From: Stylophora pistillata
Taxonomy: Eukaryota
Assembly: GCF_002571385.2 (NCBI RefSeq)
Contig: NW_019217849.1
Span: forward strand, 276,499 to 335,014
Direction: 5' to 3'
DNA: 58,516 nucleotides
The position numbers were made by a program, and so were the translations under genes. Shown here piece by piece: positions 1 through 13,293 of the stretch. Numbering within the stretch: position 1 is the first letter of the stretch; the number at the start of each line of letters is the position of its first letter. The notes below the pieces were generated by a model, which saw only the letters and a list, made by a program, of their open reading frames with translations, was not told where the DNA came from and did not search any database.

Positions 1-2811
1 TTAACCCTTTTGCTATGACATGAAGGTTATTCTCTTTTGTTTTTCATAGTTACCCTCCCTCCTGGCCCATATTTTTATAAGTTTGTCTTTTGGACAGTTT
101 AATAGATAGCACTGAATACTCCTCAGTTGTCTTGGGAGAACAGGGGCTCTGTGAGGACTAAGTATCTTACCAACAAAGATAAACCTTTTCCTTAGCTAGG
201 GTTTGAACTGCCACCTCTTGGTTCATAATCTATCAAGCTTTATTGTGTTCGGCCATTGAATCTCCCTTCTTATTAAATAGAGGTTTAAAGATTTATCAGA
301 ACTGAAGATTTGGTTCTGTCCTCGTGTACCGGTTCACTAGAGGCAATACAAAAGGAAGATTTTGTCATCATAGTTTTTAACTCAATTAACCTGTGCCATC
401 TCAGAGCTTAAGCAAAAAAAAAAAAAAAATCCGTTCTGAGATCCTTTCAATACTCGGATAAAGGCAATTTGTTTTCGCTTCAGATGATCAGGACATGGCC
501 CACAACTGTCCGGGAGATTCAGCTCAAGATCACGAGTGACAAAGTTGGAGCGAAAAGAGAACAAACCAGCATATGTCGTGGAGTCCATCGTATTTGTGTA
601 AAGATTTTCGTTAAGACGACCTTTTGGAACGAACAGTAACAAATGTTACGACCAGATACCGATTTTCGTTGTTTACGCCTGAATGGATAATCACGAAAGT
701 CGATTATAACCGATCACTGGCGAGCAGGAACCGATGGCGTTTTGCGACTATAATCGAGAGGCGATTGTTCACGAAAATAATCGTACGGCTAGTGACTGCT
801 AGACTCAAGGGATGGTGAATGAAAAGATAGGGCTCATGAGGTATCTAGTGACAATGGACAAATTAAAAATGATTTGCCCTAGACAATAATTAACTTAGAT
901 TTAAGATATCAGTCTCCTTTTCTCCATGTAAAACCTGTGCTCGGAAACGTATATTAGGAATGATGAATGACATCGTTTTTCTTGTCAACTTTTGAGTCCA
1001 TTTCGAAATCGTACCAGCTTTAGGGGAGAGGGACAAAAGGCTCTCAACCCCACCCTTCTTAGGAATGAAGAGAAAAGTCTTTAACTTTTACACGTGACAT
1101 CCAAGCCATAAGTGCCAAGGGATAACATCACGACGAGGTAGGGAGCAGTGCCGGACAGGTCTTCAAAAGCTTCACGGAACCTTTTTCGGGTCACATACTA
1201 GCGTTCGGCCGGGATCGTGGGTACGAAATCAAAGTACTTCATTGTTCACATAAAGAGTTTTATCACCAGGAGTCTCATCAATGTTTACATGAAAACTAAT
1301 CCCTGTCTCACTGATCCGTGTCGACCGTGGTCTGGTTGAAGATTGCATTTGAAGAATTGATTATGTTCAGAACCTTGATTCATTTCGAACCTTCGTTGTA
1401 AAGTCAACTTTAACCAACATCTTTAAGTTGAAGCCCAGGCGATTTCATCAAATTACTATAAACTTCACAGACATCTAAGAATAAATGCGAAAGATGTTCT
1501 TACGTTAGTGCTAATTTTATTTCTTTTCCTACTGGTCTCACACACAACGAGTTTTTTTCGTCAGCACCAAAACATTTGACAAAGGAACAAGACAATCAAT
1601 TTTGTGGCAATAAGAGTAAGTGAGCTCTGGGTCAACTCTGGTGGCCGACTCTCGGCCGGAAGAGGAGATGGGAGCGTGGGACCTTTACATGGGTCGTGAT
1701 AGGCCGTGAAAGGCTAACTGTTCAAGGGTCCAGTAGTCCAGTCCATACTCCTCCCTTACTTTCAATTCACAGCTTGAATTTTTTTACGAGGGTCTCGGCG
1801 AGTTTCGGATTTTATCGTTCACCACACCCAAATTTCGAAATGATTGACGTGGGAGTTTTGAAACTATAGGCTGAACATTGTGTAAACACTTGGGTTGTAA
1901 ATCAATTATGAAACTGAAATGTTAGGTAGACCTAGGTAACTGAAATATTCTAGCAATAATGTGCCCCTTAAAATATTGAAAAGCTGGGTTAAATAAGTCG
2001 TTAATCTCTTGGGAAATAAATGCAAAGTCGAGTCGAGATAAAAGATACCACACACTGTCACCCAAAGAGCGATAAACTGAAAAGTTAGATAACTTCTAGA
2101 AGAATTAAGAGTATTGATATGTTTTTGTTCGATGGTGTGGAAATTAAGCACTCTACGCGCTGTTAGTGATCAGCTGAGCTGAATTCTTTCATTTTGTTTA
2201 AAGATGTGATTTGTATGGCATTTCGTGGGTGGGTGATTTCTGGTCATCAAGAATTTTTTTTTCTAGCAATCTGCTGGGCAGGATATTTTTTTCCGTACTA
2301 AATGCTCTTTTTTTCTGTTAAATTTGGGCTACATTCAATTCTTTTCTTCCAACAAGCGCTTGCAGGAATTTTTCTTTCAAAATCACCCACCCCCCCTCAA
2401 AAGTTAAATGGTTGGCCCCTAATTTATGAGGAACTGATCGATAGGAACTTCTCATTAATTTACTGTCACATAACGAGGGCATAAAAACAAAGACTGTAGA
2501 AGGTCACGGGGCTCACATTATAAACCGTAGCACTGTTGTTTTCATCTGTTACTTTTCTGGCTCTTCTCTATATGAGCTCATTTTTAGCTTATTTAACAGG
2601 AGTCCATCAACGGGAACCTCTATCTCCACTGATTTCTTGAGTGAACCCTTTCTCGCTGAGTTCACTGCGAATCGCATAAACTTACTCCGCTGCCCAATGC
2701 ATGCGAGCAGATGTTTGTGGTAATGCCATAGGATTGTTATGGCTCTGTTTTGATTGGGTCTTAGAACTCGAAACTTCCCCTGGGATCCTCTCTATTAGCG
2801 GACCTACTCAG

Positions 2812-2950
2812 GAAAGGTAATTTTGGTTTTATTAACTGAGTTGATAATGTAAATTAGCAACCGTATGGAGTTTCAAAGCTGACGTTTCCAGCGCTAGCCC
2901 TTCGTCTTCATCAACTCAGTTGGTAAAATTATAACAAAATTACCTTGTTA
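2812..2950. mobile_element. Penelope-like inverted remnant of the same family as 47940-48140, hammerhead core truncated
   Basis: Shares AAAGCTGACGTTTC-AGCG-TAGCCCTTCGTC and ATCAACTCAGT...AAATTACCTTGTTA with the 47940 copy; the arms are inverted. Confidence 0.6.
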
Positions 2951-4775
2951 CAATTTCTTTCTATAATGAACTGGCACCCACGTAAATCCCGCATCATTTG
3001 TTTCCGCGTAGGATTTAAGAACAGTTCGTGGTAACAACAGCTTTATTACAAAAAAAAAAAAAAAATTGGCAAATGACGGTTTGGTTTTTCAAAGATTGGC
3101 AGCTACCAATGAAATGATGTAGTGGCGTCATAAAATCTTTAGATGCTAATAAAACTAGCTCGTAACCTCTTCCTAATTCATCAATTAATTTTTTGGGAGT
3201 AAGAACGAAGTTCTTTACGAACTAGAAATACATCCTTCTGTTGTAAACTCCTGTGCAAAGACAACTGTCTTGATGTTCTCAGGTAATTTCCTTCGAAATA
3301 GAGCGGCTATCTATGCAAATTTACCTCTTACGGCTTCGCCGTAGACTCCATGCATTACTGAGTCATTTTTTCCCCCTTCTGCAATCACAAACAACTCTAC
3401 ATGCATAAACGACGATGACGACATAAACGTTCCTTCTTCATTTGCCATTGTTCTTGTGGCCTTCCTGTCCACTTCTTTGCAGATGTCTGTCACTTATCTC
3501 CTGTATCTCTACAATGCTCACCTCAAACGAACACATTTCCTAAAGAATCGATCTGCTCTCCCAATTCGACGTCCTTCTGGTGATAACAGGAGTTGAATGA
3601 ACCTTGAGTGTCGTTTGCAAATCCGCACACACAAAAGCGACGAGTGAGTTTCACCATACTGTTACAAGTAGCAAAAGCGACGAGAGAGTTNNNNNNNNNN
3701 NAGAGGGTGGACAAAAGGCGCTAAACGGTTAGAATATACTTCGGGCTCTCAAATCAAGAAACCTGCCGAATCCGCAAAAACTTGAGAAACTTACAAGTGC
3801 ACCTGTCTTGTAACGATTACACCCCGGATTTGTCAAAAGTTAAAGCGTTATTTCGCTACGTAGACAGCAATCTGTTTAAAGGTGATGGTTTACGGCCGGA
3901 ATCTTTTTCACCTTAAATCGAGAGCTTACAGCCTGACGCTGGAAGTTGCTTTTAGTGAGGTTTGACACCTACCAGTGACCATTGAAAGACTTAAGAAATC
4001 GGGATTCCACTGTAATGCGGCATATCACAACTGGTTTTTACGTTAGACCACCTTTGGCCTCTTTTCCAAAACGAGGCCTGGTGCTCGACCACTGTTATGA
4101 AAATGAGTTTGATTTGCACGTGAATGAAAATAAGTTTAATTTGCATGTGAATTAACACTTATCACCATATGGAAGAATGTGCACCTGGACTCGCTTTGAA
4201 AAAGAGGCTAAAAGTAATTCGGGACTGGGCTATTACAACACCTTCTCTTCTGAAAGTTCGGTTCCAAAAGACAAGTTAAACTTAATTACCTCATTACGGT
4301 TAACCCTAAAGTGAATCATCCCGTTATTGCAAACTCAGGATATAAGATTTTTCTCTTCTGTTCTCAGAAAAGATCTATAACATACAATACCCATGCCTTG
4401 CTTTTGTTACCTACTTTCACCTGTGTTCCCGCAAGGGAATACTCTGGTTCAAAATACCTTTTGCCCCATACTTGTGTATATCAAAATGCTGTAACGATAA
4501 AGTTTTTGTCCAAAGGTTTGCAACTAGTAATTCACATACCACATCTGTTTTCATCACCGAAATAAAGAGCAGTAACATCAGCATTTCATGGTTTTATAAA
4601 TTTCACGAATAACTCATTCACGCAAATTGTATAGGGAAATAGGAGCCCGTTTCTCAACTATGTATATCTCCAGTAAGGGTTTACGTAATTATAGAATACT
4701 CCTCAGTCGAATGTATTCAACAACAACACAACAAGATGACTAGTAACAACCAGCCTGGGACGTTTCCAGACTTCA

Positions 4776-7700
4776 TCACTTTTTCTGTCGACTTCTAGTA
4801 ACTCTTTTAGTGACAGTCTCTGCTGATTCCACAGGGGCAGCTTTTTTTCGAGAAACCTTTTTGGGGAGTGCTGAAGATGCTTTACCTTCAATGTGTTCCT
4901 CGCCCACCGAATTGACCATAGAATCCTGCGACAATGCAGTAGCCTCTTGAAGTGAAGACGTGAGTTTCTTTCTTTGTGAATGACGAGAGGAAACGCTGCC
5001 CTTAGCGGTGACGGAGTTGATGGACATCTGAACCTCTTCCGTTGGAGTTTCTTCTTTTACGTCCAAAGATTTCCGTGATTTTCGAGTTTTGGGTGTCTTT
5101 TCAGCTTCTTCGCTGTTAGATGTGTCAGAGTTCGGTGTTTTAACCTTAAGTAACTCTGGGGTATTGTGGGATTTTGTTTGACAGCTACCAGCGACCTCTT
5201 CTGTTGTCAAACTGTCGGATTTCGGAGATGAGAGCACGTTTATGCGTGTATTAGCCGAAGTATCTTCGGTTGATGCCGAAGATTTCCGAGCAGCCCTCGT
5301 TCGGCGAGTAGTCTTCTCTTCGGTTGCTTCGACGTTCTTCTGGTCATCCGACGACTGGTCGTTCGTGGGTTTTTCCTCATCCCCTGGACTGTCACGTTCT
5401 ATCGCTTTATCGTTGAGGAAAACATGCTCGGTGTTCGTCATGTCAGAGTCTTGTGAGGTCGGCTGGAGGGACGTCCGTGTTTGTCTCTTGACGGAAGATT
5501 TCTTTGTTCGCTGTGAGATATTTCTTGGATCTGACCTACCACGACTTCTACGGTTTCTGCCGACGTCCATTGCTTCATCCTCTTCCATTGTCTCAGCAGA
5601 AGATTCTTCTACTTGGCGAGTCGTTGTGCTTACCTCTGGTTCTTGTGATTTTTGCACATTTTTCCGTGTTTGTCGTCTGTCGGTGCGTATGCTAGACGTC
5701 GCGTTTCCTTCTGTTTCAGTTGCAGTTCCTTCGACGATTGCATCCATAGGAGAGCTTTCCGAGGTTTCTATCTTAGGACCTTCAGAAACCACTTCTTTTT
5801 CCTCCTCCTGGCTCACGACAACAGGAGTCTCCAAGGACATTTTCTCGTCCTCAGCATTCTCGTCGCCTTCACTGACCCTCTCCTTGAACAATGAACCTTC
5901 CGTCTCTGCAGCTCTCCTTCGCGTCTTTCTCGTCGGTGGCTGAGGGACCACTTCTTCCATTTCAGTGCTTTCCTGTTTTCGTTTTCTTCCCCGTCCCATC
6001 CTACCTCGCCGTGGACCTGCTGGGGCAGTCTCTGTCTCTGAAGAAGAAACTAAACTTTCACTTAGCCGTTCCTCGGAGTCACTTTCAGTTTCCGGAGCAG
6101 CACTGCTCTGACTCAGTTTCTCTGATGATCCAGCCATTTCAACGTCGCTCACTTCCACTCCTCCACAAAACTCTTTATCATGAATATCTTGAATGTCCAG
6201 GTTCTCCACCATCCTTCTTGGTGCTCCACTCATTCGGGACCTTCTCGCCCTTCCTGGAACTGCACGAGTTTCTTCCATGGTTGCTGTAGAATCGGTATCC
6301 TCCGTTGAGGTAGCTGATTCGTGTCTCATGGACCTCCGAGTTTGCCGGGTACGTTTGCCAGGAGCAGGTTGCATACCGGGTAACACTTCCTCTTTTTCAG
6401 AGGGTATAGAACGTACAATTTTGGTAAGAACTGTTTCTTTAGCGGCTGCATCCACCGTTTCTGGCAAAATACCACCAGCATCCTCATTATTGATACCGCT
6501 GGTAGAGTTGTTTTCAGTCTCGCCACTCTCCAACAACTGGCCATTATCCTGGTCATCTTGCTGTCCTTCAATTCCGGATTTTTCACCATCACTTGGGGTC
6601 TCTTGTGATGCTGCCACGGACTGTTCAGCGGTAGAGGTGTCCACTTCTTCATGAACAAATAAGTTATTGTCTTCAGATGCAGTAATGATGACTCTACATT
6701 CAAAACCTATTACAAAGAAAAGAGAGAAAGAACAACAGACCCTAAACGAAGAACAAGGAATCTGAATGACGAGATGAATGAGTATCACTGAATGGTTGAA
6801 ACCATTAAGTGATCAGCTATATATTTTCATCTATTCCTCAAAAACGACACCCACAGAACTGGCACCAAAATTAAATAGCCTCTTTGAGGCTGAATTAATG
6901 TGACATTTTTTACCTGTGTCATCTTCACCTGGAGGCTTTTCGTCATATTCAGCCATCTGCTGTCCTTCATCTGTGAGTGCATTAGGCTCTGCTACATACT
7001 CCTGACTGCCTGTTGGATCTTCTTTCGGAATCTCTTTCTTCTGGTGTTCTTTCTCGTTACGAACACGGGCTTTTGCTCGGTCAATCTGGTTCAAGACCAT
7101 CTCAAATCGGGCAGCTGCTACTTTACTATTATCCTCTGCAGTATCTTGCTTGGAACTCGGATCCTGTTGGGCTGGAACTGATTTTGCTGCACTCACTGGA
7201 AGTTGCTGCCAGGGCACTAGCGGTCTGACTTGTGTTGGTGGTAGATGACGAGGACTTGCAACAGGAGTTGGACCATACCTTGTAGATGGGGGGGGTGGGT
7301 AACGGGAAGGAGTATGGTATGGGTAGTTTCCCCATGCACCTGCAGAGGGGACTGGAGTAATGGCTGGTGGGGGATAGCCTGGAGGGGGTATCCCAGGGGG
7401 TGCAATGGTACGAAGCATCCCAGGGAGTGGTATAATTGGAGGTGGTATCCTAGGTGGGGGAATTCCAAGAGGTAGTATCCCTGTGGGTGGAACACCAGGT
7501 GGAAATACCCCCGGGGGTGAAATACCAGGAGGGGGGATTATTGGTAGTGGTGCAGTCGGTGGGAAAGAACGATAGGTCCCAACAGGTGGTGGAACAGAAG
7601 GAGGGGGATAGCAAGATCCATAATAACTAGGATGTGCTGGTGTGTAGCTGAGAGGAAAAAAAAAGAAATAAAAAAGTCAATGAAAAAAAACTACATATCA

Positions 7701-10344
7701 AGATGTTGATAACAACCATCTTTCACTCACCCATGGTAAGGAACTGGTGGAGGAACCCCAATAGGTGGTAGGTACCTTGTTGGATGAAGCCCCACAGGGG
7801 GAGGGTAAGATGGGTTTCCAGTAGGTTGTTTGTAAGGTACAGTGGTTTGTTTGGTGAATTTGTTTGAGGCAGGTGTAACTGTTGTGGCTACGGTGGATTA
7901 AGATGTTGAAGCTGGCAGTCCAAAGATGAATTCAAGGTTTGTAGTGGACCAGTTCAGGTTGAAACCATACTGACATTTCTGGCACTGGAAAGATGGTGGT
8001 TGGCTATCACCTGGTGTATGTCATGCAAGAGATCCAAAGAACAAGTTAGCTTATGGGTACAACTTGGTCCCAATTCAAATTCAGCATCAACTTCATCAAA
8101 AACAATACAACTGTATGATACTAACACAACACTGAGAAATGCATGGAGTTAAGGCTGTACAAATTACATCAGAAATGCAAAAATAATCCATTGACAGTTC
8201 ACTTCAAAATGTTACTCATTAAGTATCTTTCACCTATAATTTTCATCAAACTTTTGGCCCAAATGCATCATCATTTAGGATCTTCAGATGAAGGCATTCC
8301 TTACTTTGTTTTAAAATCCATCTTTTTGTTTGTGGTGTTACTGATACCCTTAAAAAGGACTACAAAACAAGAGAACTACCAGTTTGTCCATCAAAATTAA
8401 ATGAACAAAAAGCTGAAGCAACTCCAAATAACAATGGAAATAATTGTTTTTGTTTGGCTTTAAGGTTATGTAAATTTGTCTCGGCCATTTGTCCCTTGAG
8501 ATTGCGAAATACTTTTAACCACACCAAACATAAGCTTGATGGATTGATGTCATTTAGAATTACATTGTAAGCTTAGCTTTTATCAACCACATCCATGACA
8601 AAGCAAAGACTGTATGGTTGAAATGTCAGGAACTGGAGTCTGATAGGATCAATCCAAAATCAGAACTTTGGAGACTACACAATTTCAGGGTGCAAAAAGA
8701 TACACTCAATCTATGTACTTTATTGTTAAAAAATTAATATAATCAATAAATTAATGGAAAGAGAAAATTTTTTTTTCATTTTCTCTCCTTGTTCCACCTA
8801 GGGCTGGGTGGCTCTGTAAAACAAATTACACTGGTCTGGTATTTGAAGGCCCCTTTTAGTAGGGGAAAACACAGGAAAAGCATTTTCTACATGATATTCA
8901 TTAATTCTCAGAAAAACCTCACCAAAAAGAAAAAAACCAATGACTTTGTGAGTTTTTAAATAAGCATCCTCTCTGACCAGCCTGACCTCTCTCCTTGGGG
9001 GCTCTGAATACTTATAAGTTTCTGAGGAGGGGGGGAGGGGGACAGAGCCTTTACAGTAATCTTAATTGTGGGTGTTAGTGGCAATATCTGGTCTTGGGTT
9101 TTCTTGTAAAATAAACACAGTGATAAAGGTCAACTCTTGAAATAGTGTAAATTCAAGTTCAATTAACTGGAAAATCTGACATTTTTACTGAAATGTGCCA
9201 AAGTCAAAGGGCAGTTGAGAAAATTGACTTCATGAAATAGCTGTGTTAACAGTCTCAAGTACATATGTATCCTCTTTAAACAATGAATATTTGTTTTCCA
9301 GCTTTGGCTACTACAGTGGCTTGTCCTGCCTCTCAATCTTTCCCTGTACTACTTCCACAAAACTTTGTCTTATTCCATAATGAAAAAAATAGATTTATAA
9401 ACATTTCAAATAATCAGATGTACAATTAAATAGATGTTAGTGAGCAGGTCCCTCCTCTCAGAATAAAGTGGTTGGAATCTTTACTGAACTATTTCAAGAC
9501 TCTTACATGTGCCACCCCTTCTACTTGGGTAAAAAACTGTCACGCAATGAACACAAACAGAGAGTAACACATAGAAGGATATGTACAAGTACGTTAAATA
9601 GTTAAAAAAAAAAACAACACAAATAATAACTTGTCATCCTTTATTGCAAGAAATAAATTTTATTTCAATTTCTCACCGATTCAGATAAAGACTGTCATGA
9701 CTCATTTTAAGCACAACAGGTAAAATAAATTTTCAGACTGGTAGAGCAATTCTTTTACCTGTTTAATTTTCAAAAATTTGAAGCCATTTTAGGCAGTCAT
9801 AAGAAGAACTACAGGTTACCACCTGAAAAGAAGAAGACTGATTATGGAGCACTAAAAAGTAGCTTTCCCTTTCCCTTCTATCTGGGCTCACCCATTTGAC
9901 CTCACCTTTAGCCATTTTAAAAGCCTGCTTTCTTTTGAGCAACTTCTGAAGACTTTGTGGTAGATCGCCATCTTTGGTGTTTTCTGACACTATAATGATA
10001 TATTTAACATCTGATGAGTCACAGTATGGGCAACGCCCATTGGATGACACAGGGTAGCTGCTAGCTTCTGTTGATGGTGCTGTGTTACTTGTTGTTGCAG
10101 AGGATATTGTGGGGGCTGTTGATGCTGTCACAGTGATGACTGAGCTACTTATCAAATTGTTTGATGATGTACTTGGTTCTGAAACTTTGTCCGAATTGAA
10201 CACAACAGAAGAAGCTTCTTTTTGTTCATTATCATCCTCATGATCTGCATTTTCCTCCTCATCCGCATCTTCAGTGTTGCTCTGTTGAGACAGTTTTAGC
10301 TCTTCTTTAGCAAGCATCTGTTTGATGAGTTCTTCTTCATCAAT

Positions 10345-10392
<48 letters not shown>

Positions 10393-13105
10393 TTCTTCAA
10401 TTTCTTCCTCTTTGTCTGACGAACCTGTGAGGGTTGAGATAGAAGATAAACCCTCTCACAAGTTTTTCAATGTTTTTCTAACGTTCATTTATTTTCCAGG
10501 AAATTAACATGAAATGATAATCAGAACTCATCAACTTAACACAAACATCTAATGTAATGTAGGAAGTAAACCACACAAAATTGGATGTGATCACAAGAAG
10601 ATATACATACTTTGCATTGTTGAGGTTTGAGAAGCATTTCCTTTATCATGCCGTTTTTGGCCTTGAAAATCATCCAAAACATGTAAAGCATTATCTGATG
10701 ATTCACCCTGACTGGAACCTTCATTAGTTGTTTGCATGAAAAGTGAAATTAGATATGAACATTAATATGCTTGAAGAACATATTGGATACATAATTTGAT
10801 CAATCAAAAGAGTAACATTGAAACAAAAAACTAAAAGGTTGAAATCTTTTTAACATTGATGGAGTAAAAAGATAGAATAACAAGATTGCAATATCAGAAA
10901 TGTATGAAAATCAAAAATATAAATTGACATATATGTTGAATGTTCAAACTATTAAAAAAGGAGAATACTAACCTTGAAAGCCACTCTCATCTGGGCCTGA
11001 TACAGGTTTTAATGCCTTCTTCGGGTAAAATTGATGCAAGAAAGATATATGTATGATGATTGACCATCTATTCCACAACAGCCACAGATAGAGCCATTGG
11101 GTATCATGTACAGACAGATATCCAATGGTAGTCGAGTGCAAAACTTACATGATTCAAGGTAAATAAAGTGTACTGCACACACATTAAAAGGCACTCTGCT
11201 GTACTTTATAGATAAGTAATTTCTTTTTGTAGTTGAGGAACATAGCATTTAAACATGTTGTTTAACTATAATGTTCTTTGATTCAGTCACATTCAAGAGA
11301 TAAATAGGGAGATCTAAGATTATAGGATAAACAGATTAAGAGCCAAGCCTGTTATAAATTAGAGCCAGGAAAATAATTGCAACAAACAAAACAACACATG
11401 CTACTACACACCTGCAATGGCCTGTCTAGAGACTCCAAAATCTGACTCAAGGAAACATTGCTCCAGTTCACATTAAATCCAGCACCCAAAGGATCAGGGG
11501 GGCAGAACCCTCGGCATAGGAAAGTGGGTGGATCCTATGATTATTAAATGTTTCATAAATATTTATCACAAGTGTGGGAAAAGGAAATCTGAGTCCTTGG
11601 TAGAGATTTAACACCCAGCCAGTTTAATTTATCAGTCAGATGTTCCAAACTCTCTCGTTTGAACTGAGGGTACATGTAACTACACAGCTTTTAATATAAA
11701 TTAAATATTCTTTCTATCCATAGACAAATACCTAATTTTTACCAGACAGCCTTTAAACTTAGCCTCATTTTGAAGGCAAGTGTTACTAGAGCTGGGAAAT
11801 GGCCTATTGCCCAAAGAACTATTGAACAACTGCCTTCATTTCTCTTTTATTCCCAATTACTATACCCTCACCTTATATCCTTCTTTTTCTTGACTTGACC
11901 ACAGAACAGCTCTTCCTTTGGCTATGAGGGTGTGAAGAATTTCAGGCATATCCCCCATAGGAAACAATCTAAAAGATATTACAAATTTTTCTTCAAAAGA
12001 TTTCAACAAGGTTTATAAGCAAGTCCTTTAATTAATCTTCTATCTACAGTACAGCAAACTATGAACACCTGAAATATGTATTAGAAATATAAAGAGCTAC
12101 GATCAATCGCATTAGGGATCAAGACAAGCATGCTACTCCCAAACAACAAACTAATCATTATCAAGCCTTTGCATCAGTATTCATATTCTCCATACTGTTC
12201 TCTATACATTTCCTAAGGTGCTGACAAGGAGAATTTGTTGAACAATCAAGAGCTTCTAATTAGTGATTATTTCCTCTGTTGTCATGACTTTAATGTGTGA
12301 TTCCAAGGTGATATTATAAGGAGAAATGAAATGCTAGTCTCCCTCTGAGTCAATGGGTGAAATTGTCTGTGGTCAAGTTTTTCTAATACTTGATTGTTTT
12401 TTTTTTTCAAGGTACATTAACATTTCGGATATTAGGTAGGTAGGTAGACTTTATTTAGCCAGGGTGGCCCATTCAGCAACGAGGCTGATATCCAGAGGGG
12501 CCCTGGAAATGTTCATTGTTTATCAAACTTCACAGCGATGGAGAAACATACTTATCCAGTATGACATAGAGCCTGTTTGAATTCCCACAGCGAGGACACA
12601 AACCATCCTGAGAAACAGTATACTTTGTCCCTCTCAAGTGAGCTCCCTTAATCTTATTATCCATGTCCATGGCGTCAATACTGCAAGATAAATATAGGTT
12701 CTAGACTTTGCTTGTGAGTCTTATTAAGTTATCCCTGAATAAATCCAGTGGGTTTTCTTTACCCTTTATACCCTAACATCAGTATGCATATTCTCCATAC
12801 TTTTCTCTTGACATTTTCTAAGATGCTGACATGGAGAATTTGTTTAACAATCAAGAGCTTCTTAATTAGCTGATAATCATTTCAGTTCAAGATCATGTCA
12901 GTGTATATTTTTGCCAACTTTACCCTGTGTTTTTTTTTCCCATTTCCTAGGTCACACACTACTTCATAAAAAGCACCTACTACCAGACTGAAATATGTAT
13001 TCCTAACTTGTATCTTAAAGTTTTGACAAGATAACACCAGACGAACCCACTAGATAGACAATTGTAAAACAGAAAAGAAAAGAAAAAAAGAGCTTACTCC
13101 ATCAT
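4776..13105 (-). CDS. Uncharacterised ~1324-codon protein: two zinc-ribbon-like CxxC...Cxx(x)C domains, poly-Asp, Pro-rich region, long Glu/Ser/Thr/Arg-rich disordered C-terminus; one in-frame TAA at 7898-7900
   Basis: Exons (-) 13105-13098, 12680-12552, 11968-11872, 11534-11412, 11018-10973, 10718-10611, 10424-9906, 8010-7731, 7647-6914, 6706-4776. All introns are GT-AG with consistent phases, total 3975 nt. The model joins ORF-track entries 9763..10317, 6831..7418 and 4776..6788. I recognise no family. Confidence 0.75.
10345..10392 (-). repeat. (GAT)n coding microsatellite giving a poly-Asp tract in gene 1
   Basis: Run of TCA units on +, in frame as Asp in exon 10424-9906. Confidence 0.85.
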
Positions 13106-13293
13106 TTTCCTGAACGTTTCATAAGCTTATGGTTAAATAGCCTGTAGAAAGGCGATAAATATTCAAGCGAAAGCACCAAAAACCTCACTGGCGATTTGCA
13201 GGAAATCCTAAACAGCTTTCAACTCTCCGCCATCCCAAAGGGCTTAGCAAACAGCTGCTCATGCGCGGTCTAAAAAGCGCTAAAAAAACAAAA
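13106..13293. promoter_or_regulatory. Bidirectional promoter between gene 1 and NSL1
   Basis: Divergent ATGs 188 bp apart; CpG-containing, with GATGGCGG (-) and AAAATGGCGG (+) motifs. Confidence 0.55.

Noticed and set aside
382-642. 86-aa minus-strand ORF
   Set aside because: No recognisable homology, it runs through a poly-T tract, and I found no convincing splice structure.
1714-1729. 16-bp exact match CTAACTGTTCAAGGGT, also at 30350-30365 in the DEGS 5' region
   Set aside because: About one such match is expected by chance in a 58-kb AT-rich window, and the flanks do not extend the match.
3311-3714. Short minus-strand ORFs with a faint resemblance to decayed LINE RT sequence
   Set aside because: Similarity is too weak to support by eye, and the region is interrupted by stops and an N gap.
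5242-7495. Several long overlapping ORFs (5242..5943, 5891..6289, 6193..6654 and others)
   Set aside because: Antisense or alternate-frame shadows of the low-complexity exons of gene 1; no independent splice or homology signal.
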